Source of the DNA: Arenicellales bacterium
GTDB taxonomy: Bacteria; Pseudomonadota; Gammaproteobacteria; Arenicellales; JAJDZL01
Assembly (NCBI GenBank): GCA_965202855.1
Contig: CBDBBP010000004.1
Span: 1,107,213-1,171,212 of the forward strand
Length of the DNA stretch: 64,000 nucleotides
Reading direction: 5' to 3'
Part shown: positions 30,814 through 41,612 of the stretch, piece by piece
How positions within the stretch are numbered: position 1 is the stretch's first letter
How the letters are laid out: each line of letters opens with the position of its first letter
Notes under the pieces: model-generated
Databases searched by the model: none
Told to the model about the DNA's origin: nothing
What the model saw: only the letters and a program-made list of their open reading frames with translations
Translations under genes and position numbers: made by a program

Positions 30814-33132
30814 ATGTCGATTGAGGGTTCAGACCAGCCGAATATCTTTGCTGATTCAGCAGAGGAGTCCGTCCTTCTGGAGGAATTCGCAGAAAAGGCA
30901 TACTTGAACTACTCCATGTATGTCATTCTGGATCGAGCTCTACCGCATATCTCAGACGGTCTCAAACCCGTACAGCGAAGAATCGTCTACGCAATGTCCG
31001 AACTGCGCCTGAATTCGACCGAGAAATTCAAAAAGTCCGCGCGTACCGTCGGTGACGTCATTGGCAAATTTCACCCACATGGCGACACCGCCGCATATGA
31101 AGCCATGGTGCTCATGGCCCAGCCATTTTCGTACCGATATCCTATTATTCACGGCCAAGGAAACTGGGGCTCACCCGATGACCCAAAATCATTCGCCGCT
31201 ATGCGCTACACCGAGTGTAAATTTACTCCGTACGCTCAAACCTTGTTGGAAGAGCTGTCCAAAGACAAGGTTTATTGGCAGCCTACATCAGCTCCTACAT
31301 CCAATGCGGATCTCGAACCTCAAGTATCCAAAGGAACGGTGAACTGGGTTCCTAATTTCGACGGCACAATGGATGAACCGCAGCGACTGCCCGCACAGCT
31401 GCCAAATATTCTTCTCAACGGAAGTACGGGTATCGCCGTGGGAATGACAACGAGTGTTCCGCCTCATAACATGCGGGAAGTGGCCAAAGCGTGCGAAGCT
31501 CTTTTACGGAAACCCACCACGAGAAGTGAACAGTTATGTGAATATATTCCTGGTCCTGATTTCCCAACGAAAGCCATCATCATTACTCCTCGCGATGATT
31601 TAGTGAAAACATACAAAACGGGAAATGGTTCAGTCAGAATGCGCGCAGACTGGAAAACTGAGAAGAAATCTATCGTAATTCATGCTCTACCGTACCAGGT
31701 TTCAGGTGCAAAAATTATGGAGCAGATTGCCAAACAGATGCTCGAAAAGAAACTGCCCATGATCGTGGACCTTCGAGACGAAGGTGATGAAGAAACTCCA
31801 ACGCGACTGGTCTTGGAACTTCGAAGCAATCAGGTTGATGGTGAACGATTGATGGGCCATTTATTCAAGACAACAGATCTGGAAAGAAGCTATCGAATTC
31901 ACCTAAATCTAATTGGACTCGACGGAAAACCAAGAGTGCACAATTTAAAGAAACTGCTTTCAGACTGGTTGAAGTTTCGGAAGTCGACAATTCTGCGACG
32001 CCTGCAGGGTCGGCTGGATTACGTCACAGACAGGCTCGAAATTCTTGATGGATTGTTCACTGTTTATCTGAATCTCGATGAAGTTATTCAGATCATTCGC
32101 AATGAAGATCATCCTAAATTGGTATTGATGCAAGAGTTCAATCTTAGCAAACGTCAAGTGGATGCAATTTTGGAAATTCGTTTGCGTCAATTGGCCAAGC
32201 TCGAAGAAATCAAAATTCGAAAAGAACAGAACGCCTTGCGCATTGAAAGCAATGATCTTTATGAAATTATTCATTCACCGAGAAAGCTGAAGCAACTGAC
32301 AATTCAAGAAATTCAAGCAGTCGCCAAAAAGTATGGAGATGATCGCTCATCAAAAATGCAAGAAATGGGCGAAGTTCAGGCATTTTCTGTTGATGAATTC
32401 ACTCCCGTTGAGCTAATTACAGTCTTCCTGTCTGAGAATGGTTGGGTTCGTGCCGGAAAAGGTCATAAGTTCAACCTCGAAACGCTCAAATATCGATCTG
32501 GCGATAAATACCTATCGCACACAACAGGGAAGTCAAATGAGACGTTGATTTTTATGGACGCCACTGGCAGAGTCTACACGGTAAATGTCCGCGACTTGCC
32601 ATCTGCAAGAACCTTGGGCGATCCATTGACAAAGTTTGTGACTCCACCAAAAATGGCTCACTTAACTGGAATGTTTTTAGGGCCTGCTGACTGTCACTGT
32701 CTGTTGTCATCAAGTGACGGGTATGGATTCGTGAGTCCGCTAAAGCAGATCACTTCCAAAACAAAAACCGGTAAAAATGTGCTCATGGTGGCAGAGGGTA
32801 TTCCCCTCCCAATCGAGCGTGTAGACGATTTTTCCGAATCAGTTGTCGTAATTACGAATAAAGGACGCCTTCTGACGTATTCAATAAAGCAGCTTCCGAT
32901 ACGCAGCAGAGGAAAAGGCACAAAACTGATCAACATACCGAAAACAGCGACTGGCGAAAACGTCAAGATCGTAAAAGTACTGTCACAAGATCAGACCATA
33001 AAAATTCACGCGGGCAAACGGTTCGTTCGATTGAATTCTTCACAACGAGAAGGCTACAGAGGCGACCGAACGTTACGAGGGAAATTACTGCCTCGGGGTT
33101 ATCAGCGAGTCGACAGAGTTGAAATCGAATAG
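30814..33132 (+). CDS. parC: DNA topoisomerase IV subunit A
   Basis: 772 aa with [24 protein letters not shown] and the active-site Tyr context AAMRYTE. Confidence 0.95.
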   Translation: MSIEGSDQPNIFADSAEESVLLEEFAEKAYLNYSMYVILDRALPHISDGLKPVQRRIVYAMSELRLNSTEKFKKSARTVGDVIGKFHPHGDTAAYEAMVLMAQPFSYRYPIIHGQGNWGSPDDPKSFAAMRYTECKFTPYAQTLLEELSKDKVYWQPTSAPTSNADLEPQVSKGTVNWVPNFDGTMDEPQRLPAQLPNILLNGSTGIAVGMTTSVPPHNMREVAKACEALLRKPTTRSEQLCEYIPGPDFPTKAIIITPRDDLVKTYKTGNGSVRMRADWKTEKKSIVIHALPYQVSGAKIMEQIAKQMLEKKLPMIVDLRDEGDEETPTRLVLELRSNQVDGERLMGHLFKTTDLERSYRIHLNLIGLDGKPRVHNLKKLLSDWLKFRKSTILRRLQGRLDYVTDRLEILDGLFTVYLNLDEVIQIIRNEDHPKLVLMQEFNLSKRQVDAILEIRLRQLAKLEEIKIRKEQNALRIESNDLYEIIHSPRKLKQLTIQEIQAVAKKYGDDRSSKMQEMGEVQAFSVDEFTPVELITVFLSENGWVRAGKGHKFNLETLKYRSGDKYLSHTTGKSNETLIFMDATGRVYTVNVRDLPSARTLGDPLTKFVTPPKMAHLTGMFLGPADCHCLLSSSDGYGFVSPLKQITSKTKTGKNVLMVAEGIPLPIERVDDFSESVVVITNKGRLLTYSIKQLPIRSRGKGTKLINIPKTATGENVKIVKVLSQDQTIKIHAGKRFVRLNSSQREGYRGDRTLRGKLLPRGYQRVDRVEIE

Positions 33133-33269
33133 ATGCTATGGGTTCGGTAGGGATTGTAACGTGATTGAATGATTCCCTTCGATTCTTTTTTAGTTTGGTT
33201 TCTAAGGAGAATTTTGGATTAAACTTGCTTGCTTTGCTTTGTTTTTTGAGCGAATTCAAAAGCTAGAAT

Positions 33270-34550
33270 CTAAGTCACTGAAATCGCTCGAAATAACGTT
33301 CCAATTCGCTCAATCGTCCAAATGGAGGCAAGGAAAACGCAAGGAGTCACAACAATCCATCGGTAGATATTCAATAAATTAGCTTTGAATCGTTTGATTC
33401 CCCACATGGTCAGCCACATGCCTACGACGATTGCAATCTGACCAAGTTCTACGCCAACATTGAAAGATAACAGTACTTTCCACAAATGTGCGCTGTTGGG
33501 CAACAGCAGTTCGTGCAAAATAAAGGAAAATCCAAATCCGTGAAACAAACCAATAAAAATCGTTATGCCTAGATTTGCGTATGCTCTTTCTGGTTTTTCA
33601 CTTAGTTGCAGAGCAACCACTCCCATGTAGATGATCGAGATCGCTATAAATGCTTCTACTGTGGGGACAAACCAAGCGGCAGATGGAACGAAACCCAAGA
33701 AACCAGCTATCAATGTAAATGTGTGTCCGACAGTAAAACCAGTCACTCGCCAAATCACACTTCCGAGTGAAACAGCGCCAACAGTCAGGCACAGCACAAA
33801 AAGCACATGATCCAATCCTTCCAGTATGTGCTTCATACCGTGAAAAATGAACGTTGCTATCGCAGCAACTTCCGAATTTTCTATTTTCACAGGTTCGTGA
33901 CGCAAACCTGTCAGTTTATGAATTCTGGTGCTGCCTGGATAGTGGTCAAGTATCAAATTTGCGATGCTGTCTTGGAATTCCAGATTGGGCTGAAAGTGAT
34001 CCTGAAAGGTAAATGAATCGACAGATGATGAATGCTCGTAATGTAGATAAACATCTGTAACGGTCTCACCAACATATAGCTCGCCATCAAAATTTACAAC
34101 AGCATCTCCTTGAAAAGCACGCTTTGCTTCCGTCAATGACGAAAACGGTGGCTGTTCAAGTACAGCATACATTCGCACTGCGCGTATCGTAGGAATCAAT
34201 CGTTCATTTTCAGTCTCGAACGACATGCCATCGACCACAAATTGAGCAAATTCATTGGGATTTAACCGCACTTTTTCAACGTCAACATAGTGCATTAGGA
34301 CGTCAGTTTCTATTCGGTTATAAGTAAAAGGAGCGGGTGCTGGCGTGCCCTCACCAGTATCCTCTCCAGCTAATCCAGCCAGAAAAATTGGTGTAGGCAA
34401 TCGAAGATAGACATCAAGTCCATTTGAGGTGTGAACAATGTGAATCGTTCGGATATTAGCGTTGAGATTGAAGTGTGCGTAACCCGAACCAGAAACGAAA
34501 ATCGTCCCTAACGCAAAAGAAAGTAAGGTTAAGAATCGGAAACGAACCAC
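33270..34550 (-). CDS. HupE/UreJ-2 family membrane protein with large N-terminal periplasmic domain
   Basis: 426 aa with a signal peptide. The C-terminal polytopic region starts with HGMKHILEGLDHVLFVLCL, the H..G.DH.LF signature of HupE/UreJ-like proteins. Confidence 0.65.
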   Translation of the reverse strand: MVRFRFLTLLSFALGTIFVSGSGYAHFNLNANIRTIHIVHTSNGLDVYLRLPTPIFLAGLAGEDTGEGTPAPAPFTYNRIETDVLMHYVDVEKVRLNPNEFAQFVVDGMSFETENERLIPTIRAVRMYAVLEQPPFSSLTEAKRAFQGDAVVNFDGELYVGETVTDVYLHYEHSSSVDSFTFQDHFQPNLEFQDSIANLILDHYPGSTRIHKLTGLRHEPVKIENSEVAAIATFIFHGMKHILEGLDHVLFVLCLTVGAVSLGSVIWRVTGFTVGHTFTLIAGFLGFVPSAAWFVPTVEAFIAISIIYMGVVALQLSEKPERAYANLGITIFIGLFHGFGFSFILHELLLPNSAHLWKVLLSFNVGVELGQIAIVVGMWLTMWGIKRFKANLLNIYRWIVVTPCVFLASIWTIERIGTLFRAISVT

Positions 34551-34742
34551 TTTTGATTTCTGGTACTTAGAAAACTAAATCAAAATGGAAGGCTGAGCTC
34601 GCAAAAATTTAGCTGAATTTACTGCCAGTTAGGTGTGCCGTGCCCAATACTCGCCAGTAATCTATCTGCCTTGCTAAACCTTCGATCAAACTGGAAGAAA
34701 ATTGATTGAGAGGATATGGCTCGATATTCTGACAACCGCTCC

Positions 34743-35288
34743 TTAACCGGAGGCAACGAGAACCTCTCTAAACACAGCTTGAACCATCGGTACTGGCACA
34801 GCGTTTCCTGTTTGCTTTCTAAGCTGGCTGCCGTTGCCGATGATCTCGAACTTCTCAGGGAACCCCTGCAGTCTCAACTGCTCGCGGGGTGATAATCGAC
34901 GCTCTCCGTTCACCAAAAGATAGTTGTAAGGTGCGTTCGTGCGCAAGGCGCACGAAAAAGGATGACTTTTTGCATTGCCTACATTATTTTCGTGCCATAT
35001 TGAAGGAACGATATTTGATGTATGTTTAGCCAGACGCTTTCTTCTTATATGTTCACTAACGAAGTGCCGTTTTTCTGCACATCTCTCGCGAATTTGCGAG
35101 AAAGTATTACTGTGTGATTTCGATTTTGGCCGTTTGAATGACTCTAAACCACTGCGCATGCCAACAACAATTGCTCGTTCTCGTTTTTGCGGAAGCCCGA
35201 AGTCAAGTGCGTTTAATACTTTCACTTTAGCGACTGACAATCGGGGTGTCGGTTCAACCCCCAAGCACAAATCAAGCCGAGATTTCAA
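34743..35288 (-). pseudogene. dcm: C-terminal half of a DNA (cytosine-5) methyltransferase; N-terminal catalytic half missing
   Basis: Contains motif VIII (LNALDFGLPQKRERAIVVG) and motif X (GNAVPVPM). There is no FxGxG, PCQ or ENV motif, and no room for them upstream (only 186 nt to the next gene). Confidence 0.75.
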
Positions 35289-35426
35289 ATGCCTTAGTGC
35301 TCATTTTTAAGACGGATTAAAAGAAGAGATTTGTCGGAACCCAAATCTATTCAGCACTTAAAACTCGACTCAATATAACAAGCATCACAGAGTCAGGATA
35401 TGTTTATCAACTAAATCGCAACCTGA

Positions 35427-35461
35427 AACCAGCCTCGGAACTTAATATTCCAAGGCTGGTT
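35427..35461 (-). terminator. possible terminator hairpin downstream of the MBL-fold gene
   Basis: A 9-bp perfect stem, AACCAGCCT (35427-35435) / AGGCTGGTT (35453-35461), with a 17-nt loop. The trailing U-tract on the minus strand is weak. Confidence 0.35.
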
Positions 35462-35474
35462 AGTTTTACAGCAA

Positions 35475-36416
35475 TTAACCGTCTTGTTGAACTGCCAGGT
35501 TATGAGATCCGAAATACATGACATGCCCTTTCATATCTGCAATACTATCGGGCGTAAGAGTCACGGTAGGTCCATCTAACATCGTATGTTCGTGGGTCTG
35601 TGTCCATTCGGACGCGTCAAGAAGCGTGGAAGTCCAGAAAGTCGTTTCAGGAACCAAGTAGTGATGTGGAATTGCAACTTTGGCGCCAACCATATCAACG
35701 ACTGAATCCGCTTGTTCATAATCCAAAATATGTTTAGATCCATCGACTGGAACAAATACGACATCGACCTGACCGATTTTATCCAGCACTTCCTGAGGAG
35801 GATTCGGCCGATTGTCACCCCACATCAGCAGTCGAAGACCACCGGTTTCGATCAGGTAGAGACTATTGTCCATGTGTCGGAAGTTTGTCGGTGGACAAGG
35901 ATCATCGCGACCTTCAAATTGCTTGACTGCTTCAGTCCAAGTAACGATTCCCGGCGCAACACATTGATGTTTATCCGCAATCCCCGTAATCTTGACATCT
36001 CCCAGTTCAAATGTTCCGCCCATACGATCCAAAAGCATGTTTGCATCGAGTCGCTCAAGGGCGTCGTGGTCAAAATGAGCATGAGTTGACAAGCCGATAT
36101 CCACGTCTGTCATTGGAAATTCAATTCGATACCACAATCCCCAAGCACCGGAAGGGTCGTTTCGCCATGGATCAACCATCATGGAGATACCACGCGGTGA
36201 CGTGACTTTAAATGATGAATTGCTGTAGTACGAGACTTCGACTCCTGCCATTGCATCACGCGTGCCGCCTTCATTTTGAATTTGGATAATTCGATTGTGG
36301 TTCTTGCCCGACTCCCAGGAAACTAGATGGGTGATTCCTTCTTTGGATAGGCCAACCAAACCTCCGAGCATAACAACCAAACCAATTACAAATAGTTTAT
36401 TGCCTTTGTTTTTCAC
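35475..36416 (-). CDS. MBL-fold metallo-hydrolase, exported/anchored
   Basis: 313 aa with an N-terminal hydrophobic anchor and metal-binding motif STHAHFDHD. Confidence 0.7.
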   Translation of the reverse strand: MKNKGNKLFVIGLVVMLGGLVGLSKEGITHLVSWESGKNHNRIIQIQNEGGTRDAMAGVEVSYYSNSSFKVTSPRGISMMVDPWRNDPSGAWGLWYRIEFPMTDVDIGLSTHAHFDHDALERLDANMLLDRMGGTFELGDVKITGIADKHQCVAPGIVTWTEAVKQFEGRDDPCPPTNFRHMDNSLYLIETGGLRLLMWGDNRPNPPQEVLDKIGQVDVVFVPVDGSKHILDYEQADSVVDMVGAKVAIPHHYLVPETTFWTSTLLDASEWTQTHEHTMLDGPTVTLTPDSIADMKGHVMYFGSHNLAVQQDG

Positions 36417-36889
36417 ATTACCTCCTATAGATCAATGGTAAGCTCATATTAAAAAAATCTATTTTAGCACACGGTAGTGAAACCCAATAAATGGTGAATT
36501 CCAAAAACTGGAGCAAAAAGTCGGCCCTTTATTTAGTAAGCAGTTCAGTCATCACAAAATTTATTAACAACAAAAACAAATATTTAGAGAATGAGGGTGA
36601 CACGACCTAGGGAAGCCGCTCGGAGCTTGCCGAAAGTGCACCTTCAGGTCCCCCATCTCAAACGCTTATTGTTAAACACCCATCACGGTTTCAGTTGAAT
36701 GTATTCGTAGAAAATAATCTATAAAATTGTGTATCGTTCCAATCGAAGTCCTCGGAAAAGCCAATTGCTACCGAGTTTTATGAACGCGCTGGGAATCACG
36801 CTGGAGTTGTTTTGTAAGTCAAGACTGAAAATTGAACAGAGACGATTCTTTTACTTAATCGCTTGAATGTTCGATAATGTTTTGAATCT

Positions 36890-37360
36890 ATGGCTGATGT
36901 GTTCAATAAAGAAAAACGAAGCCAAATTATGGCTTCAATTTCGGGGAAAGACACTAGTGTAGAACTACAAATTAGAAAAGCTTTGCATCGAAGGGGCTAT
37001 CGGTATGGTCTGCACAATAGAACTTTGCCCGGCACGCCTGACATTGTCTTTCGTCGATTCAATGCGGTAGTCTTTGTCAACGGCTGTTTCTGGCATGGAC
37101 ACGACTGTCCACTTTTCAGACCTCCATCTTCAAATCGAGACTATTGGGAGAAAAAGATACAGGGGAATCGAGATAGGGACGTAAAATCAGTTGCGCTGCT
37201 TCAAGAAAAAGGCTGGCGAACGATGGTTGTCTGGGAATGCAGCTTAAAAGGAAAAACCAAACTGAATTTTGAGACTGTCATCCTGACAATCGAGGATTGG
37301 CTGCAAGGCAACGGAAAACATGCTGAAATAAGAGGTGTTGCCTCAATAGAAAATCAGTAG
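36890..37360 (+). CDS. vsr: very-short-patch repair endonuclease
   Basis: 156 aa. RSQIMASISGKDTSVELQIRKAL, GTPDIVF and VFVNGCFWHGHDC are canonical Vsr segments. Confidence 0.93.
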   Translation: MADVFNKEKRSQIMASISGKDTSVELQIRKALHRRGYRYGLHNRTLPGTPDIVFRRFNAVVFVNGCFWHGHDCPLFRPPSSNRDYWEKKIQGNRDRDVKSVALLQEKGWRTMVVWECSLKGKTKLNFETVILTIEDWLQGNGKHAEIRGVASIENQ

Positions 37361-37458
37361 GCTGAACTCAGGAAGCCAGCTACGACTCTCGATTCTTGTG
37401 CCAGTCATAAACTCTGGATAGAGCACATTTCCATTGTGCAACGTAGAATGCTCTATGT

Positions 37459-38886
37459 TTAAAGCAGGAGCGAATTATCCAAATAATGCATCTCTTCTTC
37501 AAAGCGTTCCTGAATTCTCTCTAACGCATCCAAGTCATCCGCTTCGAATCGAAATACAATTTCGCTGGCTGTATTTGAAGCGCGCATGACACCAAATCCA
37601 TCATCAAAATCGACGCGGATACCATCAAGGTAATTGACGGTGGCATCCCAAAAATTTGCGCGTTTTCGAAACTCTTCAACAACTAGATGTGGTCGCTCAC
37701 ACTCTATTCTCAATTCCTGAGTACCAAGAGGGAAGGGTAAATCTTCGAATATTTCCCAGGTCGCCCGTCCATCATTCGCGAGAATTTCACATAATCTGGC
37801 ACCAGCGTAGAGACCGTCGTCAAATCCTGGCCAACGGTCCCTGAAAAACATATGCCCACTCAGTTCGCCGCCAAATATTCCGTCACATTCAATGAGCTTT
37901 GATTTCATGAGAGAATGCCCTGTTTTCCACATCACCGGTTCGCCGCCTGCGAATTCAATCGCTTCTGGCAAAGCGCGCGAGCATTTCACGTCAAAGACGA
38001 CAGCCCGACCCGGGTTTTCTTCAAGAATATTCTGAGCAAATAAAATCATTAACCGGTCCGGCCAAATTATTTCACCAGTCGGTGCGATTGCAACGACTCG
38101 ATCCCCGTCACCATCAAATGCCAAACCGACATCGGCGCCAACCTCTTTTACTTTTTCAATAATGTCCTTTAGATTTTCGACTTGCGTGGGATCACCCAAA
38201 TGATTCGGAAAACTGCCATCAACTTCACTGTACATTTCAATGACTTCACATCCTAGCCGACGAAACAGTTGAGGCGCTATCAATCCTGCGACGCCATTTG
38301 CACTGTCAATTACGACTCGCAATCCTTGATTGAGCCGAATATCTGAACAAATCGTGTCGATATAGAACTCTGATATGGATTTTTTCTGCAAATACCCTTC
38401 ACCTTCCAGAAACATTCTTTCTTCGATTCGTTTCTTGATTTTTTGGATGTTGGTTCCGTACAACGTATGGTGTGCCAGCATCATCTTGACACCGTTGTAA
38501 AACGGCGGATTGTGACTCGCAGTAACCATCAATCCCGTGCCAGCTGTCAGGTGATAAGCTCCGAAATAAAGCAAGGGAGTAGGAATTGTTCCCAAATCAA
38601 TAACGCCACATCCTGTTGAGCGCACGCCGGAGATCAACGAATTTTTAAACTGAGGGCTAGACAATCGAGCGTCACACGCAATTGCGACTTCTTCGATCGA
38701 TTTAATTTGCGCAATAGTGCCAAAGGATTGGCCAATCTTCTTGATGACTGAACTTGTGAGAGACTTATGTGCAACTCCGCGAATGTCATACATTCTGAAG
38801 ATATTCTCTTTTATAGGCTTTTGAGTTCGCTTTTTGGGAATACCAGATTGGAGAAAGTCGTACGAGTTTGAAAAATTTTTGTCCAC
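37459..38886 (-). CDS. phosphomannomutase/phosphoglucomutase
   Basis: Active-site Ser loop TASHNPPFYNGVK and metal loop FDGDGDRV. 475 aa. Confidence 0.92.
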   Translation of the reverse strand: MDKNFSNSYDFLQSGIPKKRTQKPIKENIFRMYDIRGVAHKSLTSSVIKKIGQSFGTIAQIKSIEEVAIACDARLSSPQFKNSLISGVRSTGCGVIDLGTIPTPLLYFGAYHLTAGTGLMVTASHNPPFYNGVKMMLAHHTLYGTNIQKIKKRIEERMFLEGEGYLQKKSISEFYIDTICSDIRLNQGLRVVIDSANGVAGLIAPQLFRRLGCEVIEMYSEVDGSFPNHLGDPTQVENLKDIIEKVKEVGADVGLAFDGDGDRVVAIAPTGEIIWPDRLMILFAQNILEENPGRAVVFDVKCSRALPEAIEFAGGEPVMWKTGHSLMKSKLIECDGIFGGELSGHMFFRDRWPGFDDGLYAGARLCEILANDGRATWEIFEDLPFPLGTQELRIECERPHLVVEEFRKRANFWDATVNYLDGIRVDFDDGFGVMRASNTASEIVFRFEADDLDALERIQERFEEEMHYLDNSLLL

Positions 38887-38915
38887 AGCGGAAAAAGTTA
38901 AAGGGTTGTATAAAT

Positions 38916-40346
38916 TTAATTCAGGCGATGGATGCCACGTGCATCAACAGAAAGAGCAGCTTCATGCACCGCTTCGGACAACGTTGGATGTGCATGAATC
39001 GTCCGTGCTAAATCTTCTGAGCTAGCGTGATATTCCATTGCAACGACCGCTTCTGCGATCAATTCGGATGCATGTGGTCCGATAATATGTACGCCTCGGA
39101 TTCGGTCGGTATCTGCATCCGCAACAATTTTTACGAAACCGGCAGTATCTTCCATCGCTTTGGCGCGGCCAGTTGCCATGAAAGGGAAAGATCCGGTTCT
39201 GCATCTCCCTCCCGCTGCAACGACTTCGTTTTCAGTTTCACCAACCCAAGCGATTTCAGGTGACGTGTAAATCGCCCAAGGAATCGTGGCATAGTTGATG
39301 TGTCCCACACCAGTTGCAATTCGTTCAGCAACTGCGACACCTTCTTCCGAACCCTTATGAGCTAACATCGGGCCGCGCACACTGTCGCCAACAGCATATA
39401 CATGGTCCACACTGGTACGACAGTCTTTATCGACTTGAATGAAACCACGCTCATCCAGTTGAATACCACTTGTCGGGGTAAACAAATTGTCCGTAAAGGG
39501 GCGACGCCCGATACACACGATTAAACGATCGACCGTCAATTTTTGCAGTTTTCCTTTAAGTGTGTAATTGATATCTACAACGGAGTCTTGAACTTGGGCA
39601 GATTCAACTCGAGTACCCAGCAGAATGTTCAGTTTCTGCCGTTTGAAAATTTTGGCAGCTTCGGCCGAGATTTGATGATCCGCCGTGGGAAGAAATTCAT
39701 CCAAGGCTTCTAAAATAATTACATTCGAACCCAAGCGATTCCATACGCTGCCGAGTTCTAGCCCAATTACTCCTGCACCGACAATTCCCAGTTTTTTGGG
39801 GACCGAATCAAATTCCAGGGCACCCGCGGAATCTACAATGTGACTGCCGTCAAAGGGCAGGCTTCGAAGTTCGATAGGTGTCGATCCACTGGCGAGAATG
39901 ATATGATCGGCAGTGATTTCTCCAGTTTTTTGCGACGTATTCCAATCTAGCAGTTCAACCACATCGCCGCCAGCGTAACGACCATGTGCATGAATTGACT
40001 CGACATTATTGCCTTTGAACAAAGTCGCAATTCCTCTCGTCAGCGATGAAACAATTCGATTTTTTCGATTCATCATTGTCTTGACATTCATCGACACGTC
40101 TTTGACAATGATTCCGTGTCTTTTGTAAGTCGTCTTGACTTCGTGATATTTTTCCGTAGAGTCTAAAAGCGCCTTTGACGGGATGCAGCCGACGTTCAGG
40201 CAGGTTCCGCCGAGAGCAGGCTTACCCTTGTTTGTCCATCGATCTACACATGCCGTCTTCAAACCGAGCTGAGCACATCGAATCGCTGCCACGTAACCGG
40301 CTGGGCCTGCGCCGATTACGGCGACATCATAGGATTTTGATTGCAT
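38916..40346 (-). CDS. lpdA: dihydrolipoyl dehydrogenase (E3)
   Basis: Redox disulfide motif GGTCLNVGCIPSK and C-terminal HAHPTLSE. Downstream of sucAB. Confidence 0.96.
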   Translation of the reverse strand: MQSKSYDVAVIGAGPAGYVAAIRCAQLGLKTACVDRWTNKGKPALGGTCLNVGCIPSKALLDSTEKYHEVKTTYKRHGIIVKDVSMNVKTMMNRKNRIVSSLTRGIATLFKGNNVESIHAHGRYAGGDVVELLDWNTSQKTGEITADHIILASGSTPIELRSLPFDGSHIVDSAGALEFDSVPKKLGIVGAGVIGLELGSVWNRLGSNVIILEALDEFLPTADHQISAEAAKIFKRQKLNILLGTRVESAQVQDSVVDINYTLKGKLQKLTVDRLIVCIGRRPFTDNLFTPTSGIQLDERGFIQVDKDCRTSVDHVYAVGDSVRGPMLAHKGSEEGVAVAERIATGVGHINYATIPWAIYTSPEIAWVGETENEVVAAGGRCRTGSFPFMATGRAKAMEDTAGFVKIVADADTDRIRGVHIIGPHASELIAEAVVAMEYHASSEDLARTIHAHPTLSEAVHEAALSVDARGIHRLN

Positions 40347-40355
40347 ACTTTGAGT

Positions 40356-41612
40356 CTACAGTTCCAGCAACAAACGAGAAGGATCTTCCAATCCTCTTTT
40401 AATTCCCACCAAGAATGTAACCGCCTCACGACCATCAATAATTCTGTGATCATAGGTCAACGCAAGATACATCATGGGTCTGATAACAACTTTGCCGTTC
40501 GCTGCCATTGGACGTTCTTGAATTTTGTGCATTCCTAAAATGGCACTTTGAGGGGGATTTACGATAGGAGTAGATACCAAGGATCCAAATACACCACCGT
40601 TGGTGATTGTGAAGGTGCCGCCGCTGAGTTCGGCCAGTGTCAGCGCACCTCTCTGAGCACGACCCCCAAAATCCCGAATCTGTTGCTCGATTTCAGCAAA
40701 ACTCATCCGTTCTGCATTCCGAAGAATCGGTACCACCAAGCCGCGTGGCGATGAAACAGCGATACCAATATCGCAATAATTGTGATAAACAATTTCGTTG
40801 CCATCGATTTGAGCATTGACGGCAGGAATCGCCTTGAGTGACTCGACTGCAGCTTTCACAAAAAATGACATGAAACCGAGACGAGTTTCATGTTTCTTTT
40901 CAAATTCATCTCGATATTTTTTGCGCAAGTCCATCACTGCGCTCATATCTACTTCATTAAAGGTTGTCAGCAAAGCTGCTGTTTGCTGTGACTGTACGAG
41001 CCGATCTGCAATAGTTCGCCGTATTCTGCTCATCGTCTGATGACGAACGGATCGCTCGTTGCTGGTCGGTGCAGTTACAGAAGGCGCTTCTTCCGGTTGA
41101 GGCAATGCTTCTGCTATTTCTTTTACCAACTTTTCTGGTTCAGGCTGAGCTTCCGCCTGCACCATGCTCTCTACGTCAGGTTTCGTAATTCGACCGTCTT
41201 TTCCAGTACCCGAAACCTTGCTCACGTCAATTTTGTGCTCTGCTGCAACGCGGCGAGCTGCTGGACTCAAAATCGGTTCCGGTTTTTCTGGTTCGGTTTT
41301 GACTTCCGGTGGCGCTACCGGTTCTGCTTTTTGAGTTGCTGCTGGTTCTGCAGGTTGTGGCCTTGATTCGGTTTTACCGGTTTCGATCACGCCAAGAATG
41401 TCGCCTTCAACCGTCACACTGCCTTCACCCTTCATGATTCTGCCAACTTGACCGCTCTGAGGCGCCGGCACCTCCAAAACGATTTTTTCTGTTTCGAGTT
41501 CGATCAGCACTTCGTCGCGCTCAACGCTCTCACCAACATGTTTAGTCCAGGAAAGAACAGTTGCCTCACTTACAGATTCAGGCAACATGGGTGTTTTGAT
41601 TTCAATTGACAT
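40356..41612 (-). CDS. sucB: 2-oxoglutarate dehydrogenase E2, dihydrolipoyllysine succinyltransferase
   Basis: N-terminal lipoyl domain ([14 protein letters not shown]), a Pro/Ala/Glu linker, and catalytic DHRIIDG. Confidence 0.95.
   Translation of the reverse strand: MSIEIKTPMLPESVSEATVLSWTKHVGESVERDEVLIELETEKIVLEVPAPQSGQVGRIMKGEGSVTVEGDILGVIETGKTESRPQPAEPAATQKAEPVAPPEVKTEPEKPEPILSPAARRVAAEHKIDVSKVSGTGKDGRITKPDVESMVQAEAQPEPEKLVKEIAEALPQPEEAPSVTAPTSNERSVRHQTMSRIRRTIADRLVQSQQTAALLTTFNEVDMSAVMDLRKKYRDEFEKKHETRLGFMSFFVKAAVESLKAIPAVNAQIDGNEIVYHNYCDIGIAVSSPRGLVVPILRNAERMSFAEIEQQIRDFGGRAQRGALTLAELSGGTFTITNGGVFGSLVSTPIVNPPQSAILGMHKIQERPMAANGKVVIRPMMYLALTYDHRIIDGREAVTFLVGIKRGLEDPSRLLLEL

Noticed and set aside
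36593-36660. Isolated GC-rich patch (GAGGGTGACACGACCTAGGGAAGCCGCTCGGAGCTTGCCGAAAGTGCACCTTCAGGTCCCCC) upstream of the MBL-fold gene, considered as a riboswitch or SRP/6S-like RNA
   Set aside because: I could not match it to any riboswitch or housekeeping RNA consensus that I know (TPP, glycine, guanidine, fluoride, ZTP, 4.5S), and I could not draw a convincing fold. A cmscan would settle it.
36688-36697. GTTTCAGTTG, identical to the first 10 nt of the CRISPR repeat, 9 kb away from the array
   Set aside because: Similarity stops after 10 nt. The next 20+ nt do not resemble the repeat, and a 10-mer match in 128 kb of two-strand sequence is plausible by chance.
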